Assembly: GCA_965220955.1 (NCBI GenBank)
Contig: CBDCRK010000032.1
Location: 388,994 to 452,993 of the forward strand
Origin: an uncultured Candidatus Binatia bacterium
Lineage (GTDB): Bacteria > Desulfobacterota > Binatia > Bin18 > CBDCRK01
Reading direction: 5' to 3'
Length of the DNA stretch: 64,000 nucleotides
A model generated the notes under the pieces. The model did no database searches, was not told the DNA's origin, and saw only the letters and a list, made by a program, of their open reading frames with translations. A program made the translations under genes and the position numbers. Shown here piece by piece: positions 9,125 through 17,462 of the stretch (position 1 is the stretch's first letter; each line of letters starts with the position of its first letter).

Positions 9125-9592
9125 ATGAACCTTGAAGAGATGACCAAACGGCTAGAGACCTTGGAGGACATTGAAGCTATAAAGAAACTCAAGGCCCGCT
9201 ATTGTCTCTATGTGGATAAGCGGGATGAGGAGGGCTTTGTCTCTCTCTTTACTGAGGATACGGTGTGGGACGGAGGGAGATTTGGCCATTATGAGGGACA
9301 AGCGGCAGTCCGCAATTTCTTCCGTGCTATTCCCGAGGTGCTGTCCTTTGCTGTGCACTATGTCATGAATCCTGTTATTGAAGTGCAAGGAGAGAAGGCC
9401 ACAGGAGAGTGGTATCTTTTAGAGCCGTGTACCATGGTCGAGGGTGATCAGGCTGTGTGGGGAACGGCACGGTATGAGGAGAAGTATGTGAAGGAGGGAG
9501 GGGAGTGGAGGTTTAAAGAGATAAAGCTCATTCCTGTTTTCTGGAGCCCCTATGAACAGGGGTGGGTCAAGAAGAAGTTTGTGCAAGAGTAG
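9125..9592 (+). CDS. SnoaL-like / NTF2-like fold protein
   Basis: YCLYVDKRDEEGFVSLFTEDTVWDGG is typical of the SnoaL_4/DUF4440 class. AGGAGGAGACCAAGATG start. Overlaps the 3' end of the amidase gene. Confidence 0.6.
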   Translation: MNLEEMTKRLETLEDIEAIKKLKARYCLYVDKRDEEGFVSLFTEDTVWDGGRFGHYEGQAAVRNFFRAIPEVLSFAVHYVMNPVIEVQGEKATGEWYLLEPCTMVEGDQAVWGTARYEEKYVKEGGEWRFKEIKLIPVFWSPYEQGWVKKKFVQE

Positions 9593-9633
9593 AGGCCCGA
9601 GGCTTGCCGGTTGGCCTGTGAATCGCCCGCTAT

Positions 9634-9664
9634 AGTAGGGGCGGGTTTCAAACCCGCCCCTACT
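9634..9664. repeat. perfect 13-bp-stem palindrome AGTAGGGGCGGGT-TTCAA-ACCCGCCCCTACT between convergent genes; a second family member is inside lipB
   Basis: Overlaps the GGT stop codon. No flanking T-run. Near-identical copy at 58425..58457. Confidence 0.6.
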
Positions 9665-11282
9665 CATCCAGCCCGGCAGCATGACGCCCCGCCGCTGGAT
9701 CGCCAGCGGCATAGTACACTCCGCTGGCGGGGTCGGCATACAGCATGACCGGAAAGGCAATGGGCCCGCCCCTGGCCTCGATCTGGTGGCCGCGCCGGGC
9801 CAACTCGTTCCGGACACCCTGGTCAACCTTATTGGCGATGGTTAACGATCCTCCCCGGATAAAGGTCTGCTCGCGCTTGGGGTTGGGATCGAACGAGTCC
9901 TGGTGGTGCGCGGTAGCAAAACGCGGCGCAGTTACCGCCGCTTCGGGCTTCATGCCGAACTCGATGAAGTCGAGCAGCAGGTTCAAGGTCACCTGATCCT
10001 GCAAATCCCCGCCGGCAACGCTGATTGCTAGCACCGGCCGGCCATCCTTGAGCACCAAAGTGGGAGTCAGCGTGATGCGTGGGCGCTTACCGGGCTGGAT
10101 GCAGTTGGGGTGCCCCGGCGTGGTGTTGAGGCTGCGCAAGCGATTACCATAGCTGACACCCGCCCGACCACTGCCTCCTCCGTGGTACACATTGGCGCTG
10201 GGCGTAGCGGACACCACATTACCCCAGCGGTCGGCAACCACACAGGTCGTTGTGCCGCCCACTTCTGGCCGAAATACGCTCGGCTCCTTCAGCGGCTTCA
10301 TGCTGTACGGGTCTCCCGGCCGGGCTTCCTGCGAAGCCTTACTCATATCGATCAGCGGCCGACGGGTCTCGGTGTAGGCATCGGAAAGCAACGCTGCTAG
10401 CGGCACTTCAACAAAGGCCGGATCTCCGTAGTATTCGTCGCGGTCGGCCATTGCCAGTTTGAGAGCCTCGGCCACCGCGTGCACATAGTCCGCCGAGAAA
10501 TGCCCCATACCCTTCAGGTCAAACCCTTCTAGCAGGCGCAGCGCTTGGCACAGGTATGGCCCCTGGGTCCACGGACCGCACTTGTATACCGTGTACCCCC
10601 GATAGTCTACTGACACCGGATCCTCAATCAGCGTCTTGTGGGCCGCTAGGTCCTCCCGGCGGAGAAAACCGCCCTGCTCAATGTAAAACGCCTCCAGATC
10701 TTCGGCAATATCATTGCGTTGTGGGTTGCGCCCATAAAAGCGATCGGTGGCCGCCTGCAAGCGCTCCTCGCGGCTGCCGCCAGCAAGCTGTTCTTCCTCG
10801 ACCATCCGACGTAGGGTGACCGCCAGGTTAGGGTGCCACGCCTCTTTCCCCGCATCGAGTAAAGCCAGGGCCGGGGCAACGATTTCCTCGAAGGTCTTGG
10901 TGCCGTAGTGCTGCAACGTGGTGATGCACAGATCGACCACCGAAGGCACCGGCGCCATCTTGATGTCGGCGTTGGGGATGCCATTTTTCATGTACCAGTC
11001 AATGGATTTTTGTGAGAGTGGCGCGCGTCCCTGGCCCGAAAGCGATTTCACTTCCCTCTTTTGGGCGTCGAAGATAAGGACCGGCACTTCCCCGCCAATG
11101 GAGCAAGCGCCGTGGTCCGTGACATTGAGCGCCAGGATGGTGGCCACGGCCGCGTCAGCGGCATTCCCGCCCCTGTCTAGGATCTCAATCCCCGCCGCTA
11201 CGGCCTCGGCGGCCCCGGCCGCAACAACCCCTGTCTTGCTGGCGGCTTTCCAGCCGATCTGTTGGGAACTTGTATCTTGCAT
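9660..11282 (-). CDS. ggt: gamma-glutamyltranspeptidase (Ntn-hydrolase)
   Basis: GGTTTCVVAD (Thr nucleophile region). GGNAADAAVATILALNVTDHG N-terminal GGT motif. GGAAGGAG RBS before the ATG at 11282. The track ORF extends upstream to a GTG at 11315. Confidence 0.8.
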   Translation of the reverse strand: MQDTSSQQIGWKAASKTGVVAAGAAEAVAAGIEILDRGGNAADAAVATILALNVTDHGACSIGGEVPVLIFDAQKREVKSLSGQGRAPLSQKSIDWYMKNGIPNADIKMAPVPSVVDLCITTLQHYGTKTFEEIVAPALALLDAGKEAWHPNLAVTLRRMVEEEQLAGGSREERLQAATDRFYGRNPQRNDIAEDLEAFYIEQGGFLRREDLAAHKTLIEDPVSVDYRGYTVYKCGPWTQGPYLCQALRLLEGFDLKGMGHFSADYVHAVAEALKLAMADRDEYYGDPAFVEVPLAALLSDAYTETRRPLIDMSKASQEARPGDPYSMKPLKEPSVFRPEVGGTTTCVVADRWGNVVSATPSANVYHGGGSGRAGVSYGNRLRSLNTTPGHPNCIQPGKRPRITLTPTLVLKDGRPVLAISVAGGDLQDQVTLNLLLDFIEFGMKPEAAVTAPRFATAHHQDSFDPNPKREQTFIRGGSLTIANKVDQGVRNELARRGHQIEARGGPIAFPVMLYADPASGVYYAAGDPAAGRHAAGLDE

Positions 11283-11371
11283 AGTTATTTCTCCTTCCGG
11301 GAGTTGGTCTTGCACTTGTTGGATGCCGGCATGGCCTTACTAAGTAGCCTTCGACTGTGTCCCCAATCTTA

Positions 11372-11788
11372 TCACAGCGAGCGCCAATCGGCATGCTGCT
11401 CAAAAGTATGGATCACAATGGTTGCATCAATGGGCGGGATGTAGCCTTCGAGAGTACGGGTCCCATTCATCATGGGCACGCCTGCTAGCATCACATTGTC
11501 CTTGAGAACAACTGTGCGACCCTGAAGCTTGCCGTCGGAGGCCCCGGTGACACGCGTCTTCACATACCAGGCATTGAGAGGATTGTCCTCAGGTGCCGGT
11601 CGCTCTCCAGGCGTGCGCGGATAGCGGACCTGTGGCAGTTCGTCGGGCAGATCATCCAGGGTAGTAAAACCCTTCAGAAGAGATTCCACCAGACCGTGAT
11701 AGGAATCCACATCTTTGTCTGTGATATGAAGGCCGAGGTCTTCGGCAATGGCTTTGATCTCGTCCGAAGTCAGTGTTGTAATTCCCAT
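11372..11788 (-). pseudogene. amidase N-terminal fragment (about 140 aa; the catalytic core is missing)
   Basis: GKLQGRTVVLKDNVMLAGVPMMNGTRTLEGYIPPIDATIV aligns with 7579..9093 residues about 85-125. The ORF ends before any GGSSGG motif. Confidence 0.5.
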
Positions 11789-12058
11789 ATGATTTCCTCT
11801 GTCAGCTATAGGCAAGCTAGCGGCTTGCCGCTCAGGGGCACGGCTCTCACTCAGATGCTCTCATGTTCACTGAACACCGCCACGGAAGCCGCGTCTTCTG
11901 CAGCGGACCGCTATGCGTGCCTTTGCCCGAACTCACTTATATCGAAGTCATCAATAGTTATGCTCTCCAGATACAATGTATCCGGGCTAATGTCCTGCTC
12001 ATGCGGCCACTGGACCGTCCCAAAGGCGATGCTCACTTCTTTGAACCAGCCCCGAAAA

Positions 12059-12715
12059 TTATGCCCCCGATAATCGTGCTTCGCGAAGATCAGCCCCGTT
12101 CAGCCAACTCTCGTACAAGTTGATGTGAAGACCTGTGAAAACGTCATATCCATGCACGAACAGCAGGGTCAGCAGGCTTTGTATCTCCTCCGAGGGTTGT
12201 GACGAGTGCTTTTTTTGATACTCGTTGTCTCTTGTAGTACGGCGGATATGAGCACAGAGAATGTCCAGAACCGTCTGTTGCAACGACTCGGTGTCCTGCG
12301 CCAGATGAAAGAGCTCATAGGCGCCGCCCAGGCGCACGGATTCCGACTCATTCCCCAGGTGTTCAATGGCGCTTTTCAGACGTTCTTGCCGCTGTCCCTG
12401 TTCAGTATTCCGGTTGGCTATTGCTTGTGCCTTTGCAGCGTCGGCCTGCGCTCTTGAGGTCTCTTCCATCGCCTTGGCACGCTTGTTGGCGATAACGGCT
12501 TGCAGCATAAGCACGAGGCCGGTTATAGCGATTCCCAGGTATTTCAGGACTTCGCTCTTCTTGGACAAGCCTAAAAATTGGGAAATGGGCTTCCAATCAC
12601 GAAACGCGACGAACAGAAGAACCCCCACCAACAGAACAATCAAACTGCCAAGACAGCACGTCCAGAAGCCTGCTTGCCGGGTTCGGGTGATAATGCACCT
12701 TATTGCCGTTTTCAT
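12059..12715 (-). pseudogene. pentapeptide-repeat protein remnant (N-terminal TM plus coiled-coil domain; the repeat block is deleted)
   Basis: Ends ...NGADLREARLSGA* after a single pentapeptide unit. A pentapeptide-like tail continues downstream in another frame (NFRGWFKEVS...). Confidence 0.4.
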
Positions 12716-12718
12716 CTC

Positions 12719-15601
12719 TTACCTATCGCCTGCCAGATTGATTGCCAGCAGTTCTCTCAACGCCTCATCGTTGGATATGCCAGCATCCCACTCATAGGCA
12801 TCTGCGACAGCAGCGTCGAGTTTCGCATGCGCGTCGGCGAGCCACTGCGGGCGGGCGTTGTAGAGGTTGGTCAGGGTGCGTGCCTTGAGTTCTCTGGCCG
12901 CCGCCTCGTCACGGGCCACAGGGCGCTTGGGATAGCCGGGAACCGGCTCGTCAGTCCATTCCAGCCATTCGGGCGGGTTGAGCCAGCGGTCGCGGAGTTC
13001 GACCAGCCGCCGCGCGGCCTCGGCAATGGCGGCGGCGCGCGGGTCGTCCGCATACGTCAAAGCGGGAATGTCAGGCGACAGCCCTTCGGGAAAAGGGAAG
13101 GTCTCGAAGGTGGTGGTCGGGGTGTAGCGCGGGTCGTTGCCCACCCCGAGCCATGTGCCGAGCCGCAGCGACCACGCCTCGTGAAAGCGGCTGTGCAGGA
13201 TGCCGAAGGTCGTGTTGTCGTCGCGGGCGATGACGATCAATTGATGGTCGGGGCAGACGCGGGAATCGCACCAGACGAACAGCCGGTGCTTTGCGACCGT
13301 CGGCGTGGCGATGTAGCGTGACAGGCCGTTGAGCGCCCGCCACATGGCGGGACGGGGACACCAATGCTGCCACCAAAGCTCTTGAATGCCTTTGACCTTG
13401 CTTTTCTGTCGCATTGGCCAAACGTGCTCCCGGGCATGCGCAAAGGGTGTTTCGTACAACGTTGCGTCGGCTTCGGTCATGGCGTCACCGAAGTCGATGA
13501 CCCACTTACCTGACGGGCGCCGCGTTACATCCATGCCGTTTATCCAGGGCTTGAGCACATCGGCGTTAGGTCGCCCGTTCGGGTTGGCAGGCAGGCAAAG
13601 CCATTCCCGTGCCAAGTCACCAGGTATGTCGAATGGACCGGATTTCTGATCGCCAACGAATGCGCTATTGCGATTGCGCAACGACTTCTTGGCCTTGGTC
13701 AGATCGGCAACCCCGGCGGTCAAATCGACGTTAATCGGCGAGACTTGTTTGCCGTCCAGGCAAGATGGCAAGTCGTGATTCTTTTGGGTGAAGCAGACAA
13801 GCGACACCCGGACAGCGGCACCGTCAACCGTCCATTCCTCGTCCGACCAAGCGTTGAAAATGGCGCCCTGTTCGACAACGCGGTCGAGCACGGCTCGGTT
13901 CTTGCCGCCCCGTATCGAGTTTGTAGCGACGAAACCAGCACGGACAATCTGACCTTGTGCAATCGATGCCCCGGCCTTGTGGAACCAGTAGCAAACGAGG
14001 TCTGCAAACGCGGGGAGCGAGCCTTTGTAGACGCGGCGCAGACTGTCCGTATAGTCGTTTCCAAGGACCCCGCGCATAAATTTACCGCCGCAAAACGGAG
14101 GGTTACCCACCACCACATCCGCTACCGGCCACGCCGGTTCATCGCCCTCCGGCGACAGCACCGCGTCCCGACACTCGATGGTGTCCAGCGGCTTGAGGAT
14201 CGGATCGCGGGACCCGGCAAAGCCGTTGCGACGCATCCACTGGATTTCACCGACCCACACCGAGACGCGGGCCAACTCCGCGGCATACGGGTTGATCTCG
14301 ATCCCCCGGACGTTGGCCGGGCCGACTGCGGGGAACGCGCGCTGAAGGCCCATCGCCTCGGCATCCAACTGCACCCGATGCTCCAGATCCTTGAGTGCAT
14401 GGAGGGCGAGATACAGGAAATTGCCCGAACCGCAGGCGGGATCGAGCACCGTGAAAGCACGCAGCCGCTTGAGGAACTCACTCAGCAACCGCTCGGCCTC
14501 CCGGTGCCGTCTGGTCTGAGCGGCGGTGGACTGGGCAGCGGCTTTCCTTTCCAGGCTGTCCGCGATTCGGGCTTTCGCCGTCTCCCACTCGGCCAGCCAG
14601 GGACGAATCACCACCGGCTCGATGATCCGCATGACCTTGTCGCGGTCGGTGTAATGCGCGCCAAGCTGCGAGCGCTTGCTCGGATCGAGACCGCGCTCGA
14701 ATAGCGTGCCCAGGATGGAGGGGTCGATCTCCGACCAGTCGAGTGCCGATGCCCTGAGTGTGGTTTCAATCTCTTCTTTGTTCAGCGGCAGGACGGCATC
14801 GTCATCGAACAGCCCGCCGTTGAACCAGTCAACCGTCTCAAAACCGACCTCACCGCCGGTTGCCATGGCTCCAAATAGGGTGCGAGCCATGTTGCTAAAC
14901 CTCTCTGGCCGAAGGCGCGCCCGTTCCAACATGCGTGTAAACATATTGTCGCGCAGCAGGCCGACGTCCTCGGCAAACATACAGAAGACGAGCCGGTTGA
15001 CAAAATGGGCCACCACCTGCGGTTCGTGACCACGCTCTCGCAACGACTGCGCCAGCAATGCGAAAGTCGCCGCGGCGCGCTCGGTCAGCGCCTGTCGGCT
15101 CTCGCCCGGCCGCAGCCGCTCGGGATCGGACATCGCCCATTTGAGCTTGTTGCGGGTGGCCGCGTCGGCGAGATCGTCCAGGGCGAGCTCGTGCGTTGCG
15201 CTCACACTGTTGGTCCAGTTGGTGCGGATGCGGAACCGCGCCATGTCCGAGACGATCAGCAGCGGCGGGTTCTCCAGGGCGAGCGCGTATTGCCGCAACT
15301 GATTGAAGGCCGCGTCGAGGTCGGCGTGCTTGCCCTTGTACTCCCAGGCGAAGTGATGCCGTTTCCACACGTCGGCCCAGCCGTCGCCGCCGGTATCCTT
15401 GCGCGCGCCGCGCTCGAAACAGTACCGATCGCCCGTCGGGTCGGCCTCGGCCGGCGTCGGCTCATCCAACAGCCGGCACAGGTCGATGAAATGCTCCTGC
15501 GCCGCTGAGCGCTCCTTGAGTTCCGAGGCACGCCACTTGGCAATGAAGGCACCCGGCGTCATGGCATCGACCGCGTGGACACATCGTGGCAGGGATGGCA
15601 T
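12719..15601 (-). CDS. MmeI-family type IIG restriction-modification enzyme (fused endonuclease-N6A methyltransferase) or PglX-like methyltransferase
   Basis: N-terminal FIAKW...ELKERSAAQEHFIDLC with D-x9-E-Y-K (DVWKRHHFAWEYK) PD-ExK-like residues. Motif I VLDPACGSGNFLY. Motif IV GNPPF. 960 aa. Markedly GC-rich. Confidence 0.75.
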   Translation of the reverse strand: MPSLPRCVHAVDAMTPGAFIAKWRASELKERSAAQEHFIDLCRLLDEPTPAEADPTGDRYCFERGARKDTGGDGWADVWKRHHFAWEYKGKHADLDAAFNQLRQYALALENPPLLIVSDMARFRIRTNWTNSVSATHELALDDLADAATRNKLKWAMSDPERLRPGESRQALTERAAATFALLAQSLRERGHEPQVVAHFVNRLVFCMFAEDVGLLRDNMFTRMLERARLRPERFSNMARTLFGAMATGGEVGFETVDWFNGGLFDDDAVLPLNKEEIETTLRASALDWSEIDPSILGTLFERGLDPSKRSQLGAHYTDRDKVMRIIEPVVIRPWLAEWETAKARIADSLERKAAAQSTAAQTRRHREAERLLSEFLKRLRAFTVLDPACGSGNFLYLALHALKDLEHRVQLDAEAMGLQRAFPAVGPANVRGIEINPYAAELARVSVWVGEIQWMRRNGFAGSRDPILKPLDTIECRDAVLSPEGDEPAWPVADVVVGNPPFCGGKFMRGVLGNDYTDSLRRVYKGSLPAFADLVCYWFHKAGASIAQGQIVRAGFVATNSIRGGKNRAVLDRVVEQGAIFNAWSDEEWTVDGAAVRVSLVCFTQKNHDLPSCLDGKQVSPINVDLTAGVADLTKAKKSLRNRNSAFVGDQKSGPFDIPGDLAREWLCLPANPNGRPNADVLKPWINGMDVTRRPSGKWVIDFGDAMTEADATLYETPFAHAREHVWPMRQKSKVKGIQELWWQHWCPRPAMWRALNGLSRYIATPTVAKHRLFVWCDSRVCPDHQLIVIARDDNTTFGILHSRFHEAWSLRLGTWLGVGNDPRYTPTTTFETFPFPEGLSPDIPALTYADDPRAAAIAEAARRLVELRDRWLNPPEWLEWTDEPVPGYPKRPVARDEAAARELKARTLTNLYNARPQWLADAHAKLDAAVADAYEWDAGISNDEALRELLAINLAGDR

Positions 15602-15694
15602 CCGGCGTGTTCACGTATATCGGCAAAGTCCAACTGTTCCCGGCTCCGTTGTTCTTCCAAGTTCGGAGCTCTCCGTCAGCGAGTATTATTCTTT

Positions 15695-15901
15695 TTATTC
15701 CCAATCCCCATACCGTTCAATGTCTTCTTTCGCCCACTCAACTGGATTCTCCGGCGCCTTGTCCTTCGCCTGTTCGTATAGTCGCTTGACTTCCTCCAAG
15801 GCTCGCTCCGCCTGGGAAGGCTCACTCGGCTCGTGTTCATAAGCCAACACAACCAGAGCTGTAAGACCGACGATTATTGGACCGCTAAATCTGCTTTTCA
15901 T
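15695..15901 (-). CDS. small hypothetical protein with an N-terminal hydrophobic segment and an acidic C-terminus
   Basis: MKSRFSGPIIVGLTALVVLAY... ATG at 15901. Preceded by a 17-bp tandem repeat. Confidence 0.35.
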   Translation of the reverse strand: MKSRFSGPIIVGLTALVVLAYEHEPSEPSQAERALEEVKRLYEQAKDKAPENPVEWAKEDIERYGDWE

Positions 15902-15919
15902 GGGCTGACGTTTGTTCCT

Positions 15920-15953
15920 GGTTGTCGGCATAAACTGGTTGTCGGCATAAACA
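15920..15953. repeat. 17-bp tandem direct repeat x2 (GGTTGTCGGCATAAAC[T/A])
   Basis: 16 of 17 identical. Lies between the LLM monooxygenase stop and the small ORF start. Confidence 0.7.
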
Positions 15954-15964
15954 GCTTGTCGAAC

Positions 15965-17290
15965 TCAGAAGAAGCGGTTCTCCGGGCGAGGCAGACCAAG
16001 ATTCTCGCGCAGCGTAGTCCCTTCGTATTCGCGCCGAAACAGCCCACGCCGCTGCAGTTCCGGCACCACTCGATCAACGAAGTCGTCGAGCCCTCCCGGA
16101 AGATAAGGAAACATAACATTGAACCCGTCGCAGCCTCCCGTAACCAGCCACTCCTCCATCTGATCGGCAATCATAGTAGGGGTGCCAATCAGCTCCAGGG
16201 TGCTGAAGCTGCCGCCTACATACTGGGCGAGTTGTCGGACGGTCATGTTCTCTTGCTTCGCCATGTCCACCAGTTTCTGCCGCCCGCTCTTGCTGGCATT
16301 GCTTTCCGGGATATCCGGCAGCGGACCATCCAGGTCCAGGCCGGACACGTTGTGGCCGAGCAGGACAGACAGAGTGGCAATGCCGCTATCCGGATGCACC
16401 AGGCTATCCAGCCGCGCCTTCTTGGCGCGCGCTTCGGCCAAGGTGTCGCCTACTACAACAAAGGCACCCGGCAAGATCTTGAGGTGTTCACCGGGCCGTC
16501 CGTACGCCTGCATTCGGCCTTTCACATCGGCGTAGAAGTGCTGCGCGTCACCGAGGTTATTTTGGCTGCTAAACACGGCCTCTGCCGTCTCAGCAGCAAG
16601 CTGGCGTCCAGCCTCTGACGCCCCGGCCTGTACAATGACTGGCCAGCCCTGAATGGGGCGGGCAACGTTTAGCGGTCCCCGAACGGAGAGATACGGCCCC
16701 TTATGGTCCAGCACATGCAGCTTATCGGGGTCAAAATAGGTGCCCGTCTCAACATCGCGGATAAAGGCGTCGTCTGCCCAGCTGTCCCACAGGCCCGTGA
16801 CTACATCGAAGAACTCGCGCGCACGACGGTAGCGTTCCCCATGCTCCAGGTGTTCCTCGATCCCAAAGTTCAAGGCCTCGTTCGGGTTGGCAGAGGTGAC
16901 AACGTTCCAGCCGGCACGCCCTCCACTGATATGGTCGAGCGAGGCGAATTTCCGCGCAACATGATAGGGCTCGTTATAGGTGGTGGAAGCAGTGGCAACC
17001 AGCCCCAGATGCTCGGTCACCGTGGCAAGCGCCGGAAGCAGCGTCAGCGGATCGAAGGAAGTGACCGTTGCACTGCGCTTCAGCGCCTTCATCGGCATGT
17101 TCATCACAGCCAGATGATCAGCCATGAAAAAGGCGTCGAACCGTCCGTGCTCTAGAGTCTGGACGAAACGCTTGTAGTGGGCGAAATTGAAGTTGGCATC
17201 CGGGAAAGCCCCGGGATAGCGCCATGCGGCGGTATGAATGCTGACAGGTCGCATGAACGCGCCCAGTCGCAGTTTTCGTGAGTGAATCAT
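15965..17290 (-). CDS. LLM-class flavin-dependent monooxygenase (NtaA/SnaA/DszA family)
   Basis: 441 aa. FMADHLAV, VATASTTYNEPYHVARKFASLDHISGGRAGWNVVTS. Confidence 0.85.
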   Translation of the reverse strand: MIHSRKLRLGAFMRPVSIHTAAWRYPGAFPDANFNFAHYKRFVQTLEHGRFDAFFMADHLAVMNMPMKALKRSATVTSFDPLTLLPALATVTEHLGLVATASTTYNEPYHVARKFASLDHISGGRAGWNVVTSANPNEALNFGIEEHLEHGERYRRAREFFDVVTGLWDSWADDAFIRDVETGTYFDPDKLHVLDHKGPYLSVRGPLNVARPIQGWPVIVQAGASEAGRQLAAETAEAVFSSQNNLGDAQHFYADVKGRMQAYGRPGEHLKILPGAFVVVGDTLAEARAKKARLDSLVHPDSGIATLSVLLGHNVSGLDLDGPLPDIPESNASKSGRQKLVDMAKQENMTVRQLAQYVGGSFSTLELIGTPTMIADQMEEWLVTGGCDGFNVMFPYLPGGLDDFVDRVVPELQRRGLFRREYEGTTLRENLGLPRPENRFF

Positions 17291-17462
17291 ACAACCTCCG
17301 TTCCGTTCCAGTAATGAGAGTCAGAGTAACAGATCAACCGTCAAGGGCCATCCCGGATAACATTTCCCTACAATCGTTAGAACTAATGCCTTCTTCATCC
17401 CCCCTGAACCAGGTCAAGCGAAAATTGATTGCTAGGAGGAACGAGCTGGCTAACATAGATTC

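Noticed and set aside
9419-11343. ORFs 9419..9826 (-), 9745..9996 (+), 10110..10462 (+), 10556..10984 and 10918..11343 overlapping the GGT gene
   Set aside because: These are antisense or shifted frames inside a motif-supported GGT gene. They are Arg/Pro/Ala-rich artefacts.
12578-15508. Long + strand ORFs (12578..13321, 13745..14704, 15005..15508) opposite the MmeI-like gene
   Set aside because: They lie entirely inside a well-supported 960-aa minus-strand gene. They are Arg/Gly/Pro-rich, as is typical of antisense frames in GC-rich DNA, and have no motifs or RBS.
12719-15601. A BREX (PglX) system
   Set aside because: The N-terminus is PglX/MmeI-like, but no PglZ, BrxC, BrxL or BrxA genes exist within +/-10 kb. 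The protein length (960 aa) fits MmeI better than PglX (about 1200 aa).
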